Source of the DNA: Zygnema circumcarinatum SAG 698-1b
Taxonomy: Eukaryota; Plantae; Zygnematophyceae
Assembly: GCA_037447605.1 (NCBI GenBank)
Contig: CM074823.1
Location: 124,001-188,000, forward strand
Length of the DNA stretch: 64,000 bases
Direction of reading: 5' to 3'
The notes beneath the pieces are model-generated. The model saw nothing but the letters and a program-made list of their open reading frames with translations, did no database searches and had not been told where the DNA came from. How positions within the stretch are numbered: position 1 is the stretch's first letter; every line of letters starts with the position of its first letter. Of the stretch, positions 39,948 through 56,900 are shown one piece after another. Position numbers and translations under genes: made by a program.

Positions 39948-42415
39948 TTAGGGACCCTCCGATTGGCCGATGCAGGCCAGCTCGCTCTCTTCGATGAGTG
40001 CCTCCTCCAATTTCACAAAACCCGGTTGGAAATATCCGAAAAAAGTGAATCCCTCGGGCCAGTTCCTGGCACAGATTAAAAAAAAAAAATCGCAAAAGGA
40101 ATCAAGACAATGGTTACATCTGGGTTTACATTTTGCATTTTAGGGTTTATGAATTTTCGTTTTAGGGTTTTTCCTTTGTTGGGTGTGCGGGGGACTCACT
40201 GCGCCAACTTCTCTCTCAACGTTCGGCGAACCGCCGCATTGAAGCCGTACGCGATGGAGTTGAAAAGGCCCTGCTTGGGAGGGAGGGAGGGAGGGAGGGA
40301 GAGAGGGAGGGAGGGAGGGANNNNNNNNNNGGAGGGGCGAGGGGGTGGAGAGAGAGGGAAGGAGCGCGGTTGGGGGGGAAAGGAAGAGAGGGGAGGGAGG
40401 GAGGGAGAAGAGAGGGGAGGGAGGAGGGAGGGAGAGAAGGAGAGAGGGAGGGAGGGAAGGGAGGGGGGAGGGTGAGGAGGGGTGGGGGGGTGTTGGGGAT
40501 GGGGGGGAGGGAGGGCAGGGAGGGAGGTAGAGAGGGAGGGATGGAGGGGAGTTGGGTGGGAGGGAGGGAGACGCAGAGGGGAAGGACGAGCGGAAAGGGA
40601 ACGGAGAGGGAGAGAGGGAGGACAGACAAGGAAGGAAGCGGGGAAGAGAAGCAGCAGTGAAAGGAGAAAAGAGAACGTGAGGGAAGGACAAGGGAGGGAG
40701 AGACACAGAAAGAGAGAGAGTGAAAGAGAGGAGAGCGACGATCACGAAATCAAAAGCAGGTAATGGAAACCGCCGACTGAAAACTGAAATTCTGACTCGT
40801 CATAGAAGATGGTGAGGTGGCAGCCACGTGGCAGCATCTGGGCCACTCACCATGAGTGCTGACGTGGCAATCTGCAGCACGTAGAGCGTAAAGACTGGAT
40901 GGTGCGGAGAAACAAAATTGTGAATTCGATTGATTGTGCCAAAAGTCCACGAGCCAATCAGAATGAGCGGATAATAGCCCCATCGGTTCATCGCCTGCTT
41001 CGTCAAAAAAAAAAACAAGAGGGAGAGGGAGTGGGAGAGGGAGAGGGAGTGGGAGAGGGAGAGGGAGAGGGANNNNNNNNNNCCCCCTCTCTCCCTCTCT
41101 CCCTCTCTCCCTCTCTCCCTCTCCCCCTCTCTCCCTCCCCCCCTCTCTCCCTCTCCCCCTCTCCCCCTCTCCCCCACTCTCCCTCTCCCCTTCTCTCCCT
41201 CTACCCCTCTCTCCTTCTCCCCCTCTCTCCCTCTCTCTCCCTCTCTCACCTTCCCCGCCAAAGACTCGTTCTGAACCCAACACCATGCTCCCGCCGGTCC
41301 ATAGTCCGCCGCCAAAGAGGGGATGATCGCCATCACCAGAGAAGTACCTGGAAACCCAATACCCCATTTGTACACCATCAGCAAAAGAAAAAGGAAAAAC
41401 CAGTTTCTTTGAGAAAACCCAAACTTAAAAATGATAGAAAACCAGAAAACTCGCAAAACAATAAGTTGGTGGGCCCCACCCCACGCGTAGACATGGAACG
41501 CCGGCTCGAGCTGCTCCACGTCAGCACGGTGACGCACAACGGTTCTATGCAGCGTGTAGGCGATGGTGGTCGACCAAAGGAACGAGGCCACCCAACAGAA
41601 CTGAGTGGCGTAGCCCTGCATGTAGCATAGAACGCCCTCGCCGGGGTTCCTGGGGGGAAGGGAGGGAGGGGGGGGGGGNNNNNNNNNNGGGGGAGAGGGG
41701 AGAGGGGAGGGGAGGGGAGAGGAGAGGGGAGGAAAGGTTGAGAGAGGAGGAAGTGGGGAGAGGGGAGAGGGGAGAGGAGAGAAGAGGGGAAGGGCGAGGA
41801 GAGGGGAAGGGGGGGTGAGGGAGGAGGGAAGGGGGAGAGAGGGGGGAGGGGATAGGAGGGCGGGATGATGAGAGGGAAAGGGGAAACGAGAGGAAGAGGG
41901 AGATATGGACATGAGAGCATACCCAAGCATGTTGAAGAGGCTGGTGAGCATGTCCTGGAGGTTGTCCGACATGGCCAGTGCAGGAAATTAAGACGAATTC
42001 AGCAAACTTCGGAATATTTCCCAGTGAGCGACTTTTCCGGTTTGGAGTAAGTTTAGGGTTCAAGCAATTTAAAAGACCCAAAAAGTTGTAGACTTTCAAG
42101 CAATGATGCCTGTTATAGCAACTTCAGGTTTTAAACAGTTTCAGGGTTGAAGCAGGTTCAAGGCAATTTAACAAAGTAAAGGGGAATTCAAGCGATTTCA
42201 AGATCTACGATTGTCAGATTGAGGAATTTTAGGGTAGAGGGTGTCCGTACAGCGAGGGAGAGGAAGAAGACGAGCTTGAAGGAGAATTTGCGGAGGTCCC
42301 GGAATGCGAGGAAGCAGAAAACGACAAAAGAGGAGCCGATAAAGGAGAGCGCGGAGCACCCCACGTTGACAGCTGTCAACGCGCGGCTCTGCGCCGCGCT
42401 GAGTCCCTCTATCAT
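39948..42415 (-). CDS. GCR1: G-protein-coupled receptor 1-like 7TM protein (GCR1/CAR family); TM5-ICL3 exon(s) not visible
   Basis: Exons: 42415-42251, 41954-41923, 41649-41480, 41347-41250, [N gap 41073-41082], 40994-40851, 40270-40200, 40065-39948. Motifs: LRKFSFKLVFFLSLADML, VASFLWSTTIAYTLHRTVV, GAWCW, NRWGYYPLILIGSWTFGTINRIH, MGLFNSIAYGFN. Confidence 0.95.
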
Positions 42416-43772
42416 GGGGAGGGCAGGAAGGGAGAGAGGGGGGGGAGGGAGGGAGGGAGGGAGGGAGGGAGGGANNNNNNNNNNGGGAGAGGGGGGGAGG
42501 GGGGGAGGGCGGGAGGAAGGGAGGGAGAGGGAGGGGGGAAGGAGGGAGCGAGAGGGAGGAAAAAAGGAGAGAGGGAGAGGGAGGGAGGGAAAGGGAGGAA
42601 GAGGGAGGACAAGGAAGGGAGGGGGAGATGGAGTGAGGAGAGGGAGGAAGAGGGCGGGGGGAGGGCGAGAGGGAGAGGAGAGAACGAGATCCGAGGAACT
42701 CTCCCGCGAGGAGCCACGTGGCACGCCAACGGCTCGCAGACTCCGCCACGCGGCAGCAGGTCAGGCTGCCACGTGTCCTCCGCCCCCTTCCCCTTCCGGC
42801 CGCCCGACGGCCCTGTTGCAATCACCTGCCTGGGAATGGGGCCACGTGTCGCGAAATGATTGGCTCATGAGGACCTTTTTTCGTTCACGACAATTGAGAA
42901 TGTACGGAGTATTTGTCTTTTCCAAATGCTCATGATACTCGCACGTGCGATTCGTAGGAACCTATTTTTAAGAAATTAACTAAAATTGACTGAAATGTGG
43001 ATGTACATACTTGTACCAATATGTGAAAAATTGACCAAACTCTATTTTTAGACGAGCCGGCTGTGTAAAATTATAAGGTTTATTTTCATGGTTCGAATTT
43101 TTCCAGGTTGTTTTGACGCCCCAAACTGAGTTTGCAACTTTTCAAAACCAAGTTTTCCACTTCACATTCAGCAACCATTCCAGTTCCATGTGACACCCCC
43201 TCTCCCTCCCTCCCTCCCCCCTCTCTCCCTCTCTAGCTAGTATTACTTCTAGTGCTGATATAGTTGTTACTTCAATTCCTCTCCCTCCCTCCCCCCCTCT
43301 CCCTTCCTCCCTCCCTCCCCCTCTCCCTCCCTCCCTCCCCCCCTCTCCCTCCCTCCCTCACCCNNNNNNNNNNCTCTCCCTCCCTCCCTCCCTCCCCCCC
43401 GGAGCCTTTCAGTTCCGTCACTGTTTGCGGACATGGGAACAAGTAACCAGCCAGAGAACGCATTGAACACGCTTCACAGTTCCAACACAGAAATTTGAAA
43501 CATAGAACTAACTGCTTTCCGTTACAGTTGAGAAACCCTCCTAGGCTTTGGCATCACCCTTGCCCTAAACCTGAACTTTAAAATCCTAGATCTTAAACCC
43601 TCAACCCTAACACCTGAAGCTTAAACGCTGGACCTTAAACCCTACCTTCCAAAAATTCGAATACAGATAAGAGCTTAGCGTACAACATGGCGCATTCCAC
43701 AAAAGAAAAAAAAAAAAAAACATTGGCTCTTAAAAATGGCTCTATGAATGAAAATTTGGCCAATCCAATCCG

Positions 43773-48278
<4,506 letters not shown>

Positions 48279-48737
48279 GNNNNNNNNNNGGGAGGGGGAG
48301 GGGGAGGAGGAGAGGGAGGGGGGAGGGGGGAGAGGGGAGAGGGGGGAAGGGGAGGGGGAAGGGAGGGGAAGGGAGACGGGGGAGTGGGGAAGGAAGGAGA
48401 GGGAGAGGAGGGAGGGGGAAGGCGGGAGGGGAGAGAGAGAGAGTGGGGGGGAGGGAGGGGGGAGGGAGGGAGAGAGGGGGAAGGAAAAAACTTGAACCTA
48501 AACCCTAACCCTCAACCCTAAAATCTGAACCCTCACCCTAAAATCTGAGGCCTAAACCCCAGAAACCGGGAACCCTAAACTCTAAACACAAAAAATTCTA
48601 AACCCTAACTTCCAGAAACCCTCTACCCTCTACCCTCTACCCTAAACCCTACACCCTCACTCTATCCAGATCCCTACACTCCAAAGCCTAATCTGTAATA
48701 ATACCACCTCTAAACCTAGAACCGTCCGACCGTACAT

Positions 48738-49095
48738 TGCCACGTGGCGCCCTCTCTTTGATCCGGCGAGCTTCCCCGTCCTCACTGTCCCTACTGCCAT
48801 GTGGCGTCACTCCAGCCTGCCACGTGCCGTCACTCCAGCTTTCCGGCCGCTTCCCAATTGGCTCACCTGATCCGACAGCTGTACGGCCGCCACGTCTCAG
48901 ATGGGTCACACCACGTGGCCGATCAAGATCGATCTGGCAGCGCCACGTGGCAGATCAAGAGCACGCCAGTGGCAACAGCTGGCACATCCTGATTACGCCA
49001 CGTCGTGTAAAAAGAGCGCTCAGGTGGCGCCACGTGGGCACGCTTGGGCTCGCTCTGCGCGTCCAAATGGCACATCAGGAGCGCAACACGTGGCA
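48738..49095. promoter_or_regulatory. Dense G-box/ACGT cluster upstream of the O-FucT-like gene
   Basis: About 9 GCCACGT(G)/ACACGTGG motifs, ~560-920 bp 5' of the ATG at 48179. Confidence 0.6.
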
Positions 49096-50691
49096 CATCA
49101 GGACAAATGTCGGGTCATCATTAGGTCCGCGGAGAAATAAGCAAAACTTAGATTTTTATTTTTTCGACGACGGAAGGTGGTTGGCGGTCGTTACCCAAAG
49201 TTTACCTTTTAGAACATGGACGGTCCCGATTCTTCCAATCGCTGTGCGGGTATCATGATGGACGTTCCAGATGTGTAGTCAACGGTCGCTTTGACCGACC
49301 TCTCTCCAAATTCTTTCATTTCCGTAGAGCCGAAACGGACGGCTGCGATCTCTTCATTTTTCTGTAATGGACGGCTCAGATATTTTTGTCCTATCTGACC
49401 CGGGCCTTTCGGAGGTCCTTTACCGTCAAGTGTTTCTCTCAGATTTGTGTTTCCCAGCTATTTGCAGGTTGTTGCAACAGTGCTGGTGTGTAGGGATGGC
49501 CCGCGTTATAAATTCCGAATACATTATATACTTTACAACGGGTTTAAAAGTAGTAATATATTACAAACTAAAACACTTTATTACATATATTATACCCACT
49601 CGTTTTGAACAATTAACGACCGTACCATACCAAAATTAGGTCGTTTTGGCGTTGGCGTTGCGAAATGCGTCCGTCTGGTTCACTGTGTAGCACAACGGAG
49701 CTGCGTTCGACGGATCCGCGCCCGTTCAGTTGTACTTGATATGTTCATATTCAGTGTCACGGACCGGCCTGATCCAGGAATTGCCGACGGAAAATGCGAG
49801 ACGGCGGCGCCATTTGTTGGCGGCCCACGGGACAGCACACCATCCAGCTAGGCGCACTCGGAAGCGCCGCAAGATGCCGCCGATTGTCATCAGTTGACCT
49901 ATCCGAAGGCTCCACGCAGTCAGTCAGGCCACTCAGTGGGCAGTTGGCCAATCAGGGACTGTCACTACTAAGGCTCAAGATCTATTGTCAGTGTTAGGTA
50001 GATGGGATGTCAGTGATGCTTGTTTGTCTTTTAGTGCTGGGCTTAGTATTTGTATTTGCTGTGTGGTTTGTTGTCTTGTTCTGCTCTTCTTCCTCTTCAG
50101 TTCCAGCAACAGATGCTATGTGTGAGAGAGAGAGAGAGTTCCATGCCATAGATAGAGAGAGAGAGAGAGAGAAAGAGTTCTTGTGGATAGTTTTTAGACG
50201 TCCCATTCAGCCGATCTAGACAGAGATTTGTGAGAGGAGATTCTCTTAGTGTAATGACTATCCCCAGCCAACCGCCGGCTGGGGTGACTTCCCTTCCAAA
50301 AATACAACCTTTATCTAAATGGAGTCCGTTTTCCCTTTGGCGGTCATTATGCCAAGCTACCATCTTGTTCTATCCTGCCTGCATCCTCCCAATGACCCAT
50401 GATAACTAGAAGCCTAGCTAAGAGACTAGCCGAGGAGTAGGCATGGTGTGTGGAAGAGAGCCCCCAAGGAAGGGCTCTTTGGCGACGTAGCCCAGCTCGC
50501 CAGTGGGAACATCTTGGAGGATCCCCACGCCTCGCCAAGCGCCGCACCTCTGAGTCTCCCGGATCCTGGCTCTATGCTGCAGGCAGACCCACAGAACCAA
50601 CCCAACCCTTCATCAGTTTCAGCACGGACGCGCGAGTGGCCGTACAGCACCTGCAACTAGCTCAGCAGTCTCCTTTTAACCCCACTTATCT

Positions 50692-50703
50692 TGGTATCAG
50701 AGC
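50692..50703 (+). other. Primer-binding site complementary to initiator tRNA-Met
   Basis: TGGTATCAGAGC. Confidence 0.9.
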
Positions 50704-50773
50704 AGAAGGTTTTGCAGATCCACGTACCTTGATACGTGAGGCTGCCGATCCTGTGACCCGTGTCACAGCCGCC

Positions 50774-52333
50774 ATGGATGAAGAGCTGCAACAAGAGGGA
50801 CAAGCAGATCTTCATGAGTTTTCAGATGGAGACTTGGGACCTCAAGAAGAACAGGCGATCCGAAATCCAAGGACGGATTCAGACTCAGAGGAAGAAGCAG
50901 TCAGAGAAAGACTGAAGATGGGCATCACCGAAGAGAACCCTTATCCCAGTCTGGCTTACCTTGAGCAGATCGAGTCGATTGAAGAGCTGCAGCGACTTCA
51001 TCTAGGCAGTGATGGCCATAAACTTCGCTGGCAATATGCACGCCGGATGATCAAGCTTGCAGCCTGCCCAGTCGCTGTCACGGCCGCAGATGCCGTGAGG
51101 AGAGGAGTGCCGTTCGAACCTGAGGTCCCCACCGCGGCCCACCAGAGACAGATGCCACGGGAGCTCAGTCGGATAACTACTGCACCAGGAGTCCCTTCAA
51201 GCACAGCAGCGGCACGCAGTCCTACAGCAGAGCAAGGGATTCCCCAGAAGACACCCTCACCTCCGGCGTTCACAACTTACCCATCCGGCAGCCCCAGGCG
51301 AGCGGCTTCAGGGGCAAGGGCAGGACGATCGCAAGGACCCTCCAGCTTTCGCACCAACCTGCAGAGAAGCACACGAGTCAGATCTGAGTTTCCCAGCAAG
51401 ATGGAAGAGATGATGACCAAATTGATAGCAATGATTCCTGAAAAGAGTGAGGTGAGGGATACCACGGGCATCATCACAAGAGGCTTCACCGGCAAGCAGG
51501 AAGATGCGGAAGCCTGGCTGAGACATCTTGAGGAGAAGGCAGCGCAAGCAGACCTGAAGGAAGACCAGTGGATCAAGCTGGCCCTTAGAGCGCTGGAAGG
51601 AGAGGCAGTCAACTGGAAGCTGTCCCGAAACTGGCACAAAGCGGATGTCGTCGGCAACCTGACAAGAGACACATTCAAGCAAGCTTTCAGACAACGCTGG
51701 ATTTCAGATCCAATCACTGTGCTAGACCGACTTCGCTACATAGAGTGCTACAGTGACGAGCGGCTGTTCGAATTCACTGAGCGTTTCGTGCGCATGGCAA
51801 ATACGATCGAGAACTTGCCTGACTTTCCCGAAGTTCTCCAGTGGTTCCGCAAGGCCATCAGCGAGAAGGATCTCCACCTGGATCGTGAGCTGCGCGACAA
51901 CCCACCAGCAGATGCCCAGGCCTTGTTAGAAAGGGCAGAGCGAATTCAGAAGGATCAAGAGAGAGGCAACCGACATGTACGACCACATTACATGAACGCT
52001 ACAGATCCACGACAAGATCGACTCTACCAGCAGTTCCTGAAGACACAGAATCAGCAGTTGTATGATCCCTACGCTACATCTTCTAGGAACAAGCCATCTT
52101 TCTCCGGCATCCCTGCTCAGGACGTCCGGGCAGCCCCTATGGTGCAGCCTCTGGCTATAGCCAGCGCGACCAAGCCCTTCCCTTTCCCCCTCGCACTTCA
52201 TGATCCGGCGATCCCATTGAGCCAGCGTAACTCTCACATACCAGATGTTTCGCCCAGGATATCGGCTCCTTATTCTATCGCACACCCGGGTTATAGAGAG
52301 AAGCTGCCAGGGCCGATCTGCGCCGTGGGATGA
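50774..52333 (+). CDS. gag: Element A gag (retrotransposon capsid domain)
   Basis: First ATG after the PBS. FTGKQEDAEAWLRHLEE...WIKLALRALEGEAVNW...TRDTFKQAFRQRW...LFEFTERF...LQWFRKAI. Confidence 0.85.
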   Translation: MDEELQQEGQADLHEFSDGDLGPQEEQAIRNPRTDSDSEEEAVRERLKMGITEENPYPSLAYLEQIESIEELQRLHLGSDGHKLRWQYARRMIKLAACPVAVTAADAVRRGVPFEPEVPTAAHQRQMPRELSRITTAPGVPSSTAAARSPTAEQGIPQKTPSPPAFTTYPSGSPRRAASGARAGRSQGPSSFRTNLQRSTRVRSEFPSKMEEMMTKLIAMIPEKSEVRDTTGIITRGFTGKQEDAEAWLRHLEEKAAQADLKEDQWIKLALRALEGEAVNWKLSRNWHKADVVGNLTRDTFKQAFRQRWISDPITVLDRLRYIECYSDERLFEFTERFVRMANTIENLPDFPEVLQWFRKAISEKDLHLDRELRDNPPADAQALLERAERIQKDQERGNRHVRPHYMNATDPRQDRLYQQFLKTQNQQLYDPYATSSRNKPSFSGIPAQDVRAAPMVQPLAIASATKPFPFPLALHDPAIPLSQRNSHIPDVSPRISAPYSIAHPGYREKLPGPICAVG

Positions 52334-53923
52334 CAGAGGCATGGGTTCCAGAGGGCGTCTGTCTTGCCTGCGGCCTGAATCATAATCCGCGGCTGCGTTG
52401 CGGACCATGGACCTGCACCTTCTGCCAGATCACGGGACATGATGCCCGTGTGTGCATGCGGAGACTCTCAAGTGAGAAGGCCCGAAAGGGGAAAGAGGCA
52501 GCTGAAGGGAGCTCACCTGCAGAGATCACCTTCATGGATATGCTCCCGGCTGCTCCCACACCACCGAGAGCTCCGGTCTCCTTTCGCCCGCCTCCACCTC
52601 CTTCACCCGCTTACACCATCCTGCAACGACCACTTATCCATCTGCACCCCATGGACTCCCCCTCCCTGTCAAACGTATTGGGTGCTGAGCCCGCTCCTGC
52701 TGCCCGATCACGCACTGCCGAGGTTGCCGCGGCATTTCAACCGGCCTTGTCCGAATCCCCCATCACTTCTGAAGCGGATGCTCAAGCCCGGATCGCCGAG
52801 ATTGCAAATGCCTTGCGCAGGCTCCCTGTCAACCAAAGTGATCCTCATTCACATCCCCTGCCATTCCTCCCTGCCGATGTCAACGGCGCCAGCTCCTCTG
52901 GCACGGCTCCACCGGTCGCCACCCTTGTCCGGAGAACTTCAGTCCTCCCTCCTTCCACGGGTCATCCATTGGGATCCACGCCTGAGGAGGAAACNNNNNN
53001 NNNNGACAGACGGCCTATCCCTGATTGAACGCATGGTTCATCAGCTCATGGGAGACAAGGCTAAGATCGGCATTACCTTGTCACAGTTGATGCAGCTGGT
53101 ACCAGGTGCTGCAGCCGTAGTTCGTAAGCTGGCCGACAGTGCAGAGGCCACCCTGCGGCCTCCCACGGTTCCCATGGCACCTCCTCCGGACATCCCCTCG
53201 CCGGCAGATATCCACCACATGACCACGGCGCCCCTTCCAGACCCAGTTCGCTCTCCCCGCCATCCTCCTCGCCAGATTCACGTTCTCCCTTTGATCCCAA
53301 CACCCAACGTGCGAATCATTGTCAATGTATGGCTAAACGGTCATCCAAGCAAAGCCATGATCGACACAGGAGCTATGCGCACAGTTCTGTCCAAGCCAGT
53401 GATGAAGGCTGCAGGGGTTAAGTTGGACAAGACGCTCGAGCCCATTCCCCGATATGTGGGGGTTGAGGGGAGCCTACATGAAGGATTGGGCAGTGCCCAA
53501 GTGATCATCAGCCTTGGCGAGATGGGAGCCACGGTGAATGCGGTCATCACGGCCGCTGAGCACTATTCTATCCTGCTGGGCTCAGATTGGCTCATTGCGA
53601 TGGGAGCACAAATCGACTTTGCTACATGTCAGCTGCACTTATCTGCTGGCGGGACAGACTGCTCCTTCCCCATCATCCTCGAGTCCCTTGCCACCTCCGC
53701 CTTCCCCAAACGCCACGCCACGGCGCAGGTCTCCTACCCAGAGATCACCATGTACCATCTCGGGTCGGTGTACCATTCTTCCTATGGATCGGGCCACTCC
53801 TGGATACCCCATGATCTAGACTCCCTCCCGCTTCCTCCGAAGTCCAGCCTTCCTCGGGCCGACCTAAGAACTTTGCCGCCGGTGATAGTCAAGACTCCAG
53901 CTTTCCACGCAGATCATTGGTGA
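52330..53923 (+). pseudogene. Element A zinc knuckle and aspartyl protease, frameshifted relative to gag and split by a gap
   Basis: CTFCQITGHDARVC (CCHC). After the N gap at 52995-53004: KAMIDTGAMRTVL...YSILLGSDWLIAMGAQIDF. Confidence 0.85.
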
Positions 53924-53988
53924 TGAGGAGTGGCTGAAATAGGGTCGATGCGATTAGCCGCGAGTCTTCGTACCTCGGACAAGCATTC

Positions 53989-56900
53989 CTCAGAATAATC
54001 AAAAACGCCTTTCGGGCTCGCGGCGCGAATCACATACTCTGGAGTTCACGGTAGAGTAAGTGTGCGGAGAGAGAGAGCTGTAGGGTGGCGCAGCTCGAAG
54101 CGGGGTGCAAATCACGTTTGGTGATGTTGTTGAGTGACGACAAATACCTCGCCTTTTACGCTTCGCTGGAATCTCCTACTAAAGATGGGAGGGATTGGAA
54201 GTGTGGTTGCCCAATGGCTTATCGCTGATGGTTCCTTCTTCACTGAATGGGTCGAGGTGTATAACGTATTTAATGCTTCACCGTATTTCCGGGCGGGCAA
54301 GGGCGCGCGCGGGGCGCCAGCTGCACGCTGGGTAACGGCCGATCCTCTACGCCAAGGCGGGCGCTGTTCGACATACCGTCCGCATCAACAACGGGTAAAT
54401 TGTAATTGTAACGGAATTTAACGGCGCATTCCCAACAGGGATCTCGCCGCGTCCGAGATTCAATCAAGGGACCGGGCTGGTCCTCAGAGTCGATAGTCCC
54501 CTAATCCTCCCTTAAGTCGAGGAGGGGACCTTGGTCGGGCCGGTGTGGGCGACTGCGACTATGGAAAAGCCCCCTTAATGCGCGAACTTCTACTTGCTCA
54601 ACCTTGTGACCTCCGCGTCCCATAGGTATCCGCGCCCCAAATCATAGGGTACCGCGATTGATGGAAACATAAAGCCACGCCAAGCCCTGTTAACCCTTCC
54701 CGGTGATCAGAAGGCTACATTACTCCCCTCGCGGAGAATGTGAACGCCTCGCTCACGGTGCTGGGTAGTAAAGGCAAACCGTAGTGTTTCAACGCACGCC
54801 GCCGAATCCTACGTGGATAACCGAGGGTTCCGGATAATCCCAACAAGTCCTTTCTCTGAGTTGCGCCGTGGACGGGTCGAACTCTCGGAGCCGCCTTCGC
54901 CGCTTCTCCCCGCTGGGCTCAAGGCCTCCCAAAGCATAAGTTGATGAGCTCCCCGGGTAATTGGGTTAAGTTGCCTCGGCTTCCCATGTGCTATGTTCAA
55001 CCCCATAGCCCAACCATTTCACGAGGTATTCGTGACAGGAAGATCGACCTTTTCTCACAAGACGGTGGGCTTGAATGGTTTCAACTTCGTACTCAAGTTC
55101 ACCCTCAAGCTCCACTGGTGGGGGAGGTGGCTGGATCCTCCCATCGCTACGGTAGACCTTTAGCAAACCCACATGAAAGACCGGATGCACCTTCATGTGG
55201 GATGGTAAATCCAACCCTCGGGTAGTTTACTATCGATTCGGCCTCACCTCGAAAGGTCCCATGAGGCTGGGCCACAAATTTTACGGTTCTCACCATAAGC
55301 TTTGAGTCTCAAGTTCACAGCATTTCAAAGAACACCTCATCACAAGGTGAGTTTGCACGGTGACGCATCGCTGATTAAAGCCTTTGCCGCTGATCGGGCC
55401 AAGCAAATAGTGGTCTCCGCCGTGCTCCCTCGCAGCCGCCTCGCATATTAGCCGACAAAGATCTCACTGAGGTTGAGTCCCATCAGCCCTCCTCAGCCTT
55501 CCCAAGGATCGGGGTTCTCAGGACGCTTCATGTTCCACTCTGAATGTAGGTCGCATCCCTTGCTGTGGGGATTTAGAGTGATGCCGCCAAAGTTCGCTAG
55601 TTGCGGGTGGTACCAATGGACTCCTCGAAAGCATTATTGATATGCATCACACTGAGCAGCCGTCCCCACCCACTGGGTAGTCCTTCCACATAATGCCTGA
55701 GGTAATCCTCCTGTGATCTTGTTCACCCGCTCCGGCCCGCCACCTGGGCTTATGCGGAGTCGCATCAACCGCTATCCCAACGCATTTTGAGCACTTCCCC
55801 GCCCAAAAATGGCCGGTGAATCGCGGATCACGGCCGACAATTTCTGACTCAAGACCATGCCGCTCCACACTTTGTCAACATACAAATCAGGTAATCTCGC
55901 CGCCCCTGAAACCTTAGTAGTAGTTGGTGCAAAATGCACCATCTTGCCGGAAATGGGACGGGACAAAGATCTAGGATGGAGTCATGCCTCGAGGTGTCAC
56001 AGAAGATCTGTGATCAAGTCCATACCCACACCGGGCCCCATTTCCGGTGCTAGAGGTGTGAGGGGCTGCAAACGGGCCAGGGATCCCGCCAAGCGGGGTT
56101 TGTTCGTCGACAAGTTGGACAAGCGAGCATATTACGCTTTCACATCCTCGAGTCCAGCTACCGTATCCCTGAGCAAGGCTCTCACGGGTTTTCAACTCCC
56201 ATGTGACCCTGGCATTTCTGAGGATCATGTAGCTCACTCAGAATGAGCTGCCGTACAGTGCCGGCCTTGGGCACGACCAACTGCTGGCCGTGATACCAGA
56301 ATCCGTCTTTAGACACCACTTTGTCCTTATAGCCATTACCTTGACCATCCAAGAACAAAGGATCACCAGTATACCCCTCCTGGATCATCTGTCTGAGATT
56401 AGAGAGTGCAGGAGGGCCGACTGCGTCGCTGGTGCAGTGATCTATGACAAAGCATACCGAGACGGCACCTCGGGTTGGCCGCCTCTCACCGGCCATCTGC
56501 TCCACCAACACTCGAAGTCGACGAAGCGCACACCATCTGTGCAGTAAGATGCTTCAGGCCGCCTACCGCGGGTTCGCTACATCTCTTCCGCCGAGGCAAC
56601 CCATCAAGGCCAAACCTTTGAGGAACTCTGCATCACTGCTCGCCGCTTGCATACAGGTCTCATGGGTGAGAAACGTCACTGGCTGCGGTCGCTGACTAGC
56701 GCGGACCGCCGCCTCTAAATAAAGACCGCCATGTTCGGGGAGCGCTGACACCGCTAGCGCCTCGCTCCGTTGCGTAATAGTTGCGCCACGGGATTCATTT
56801 TTATATTCTTCATACTGGGTCAATTCATCTTGAACAAAGACGGCACCTGCGAATCAAGCATCACAAACCACTTCATAAGGTTTGACGGTCCGCTAAACCC

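Noticed and set aside
50450-50773. N-terminal 108 codons of the 627-aa gag ORF
   Set aside because: They lie in the LTR and PBS upstream of the first post-PBS ATG (50774), so they are unlikely to be translated.
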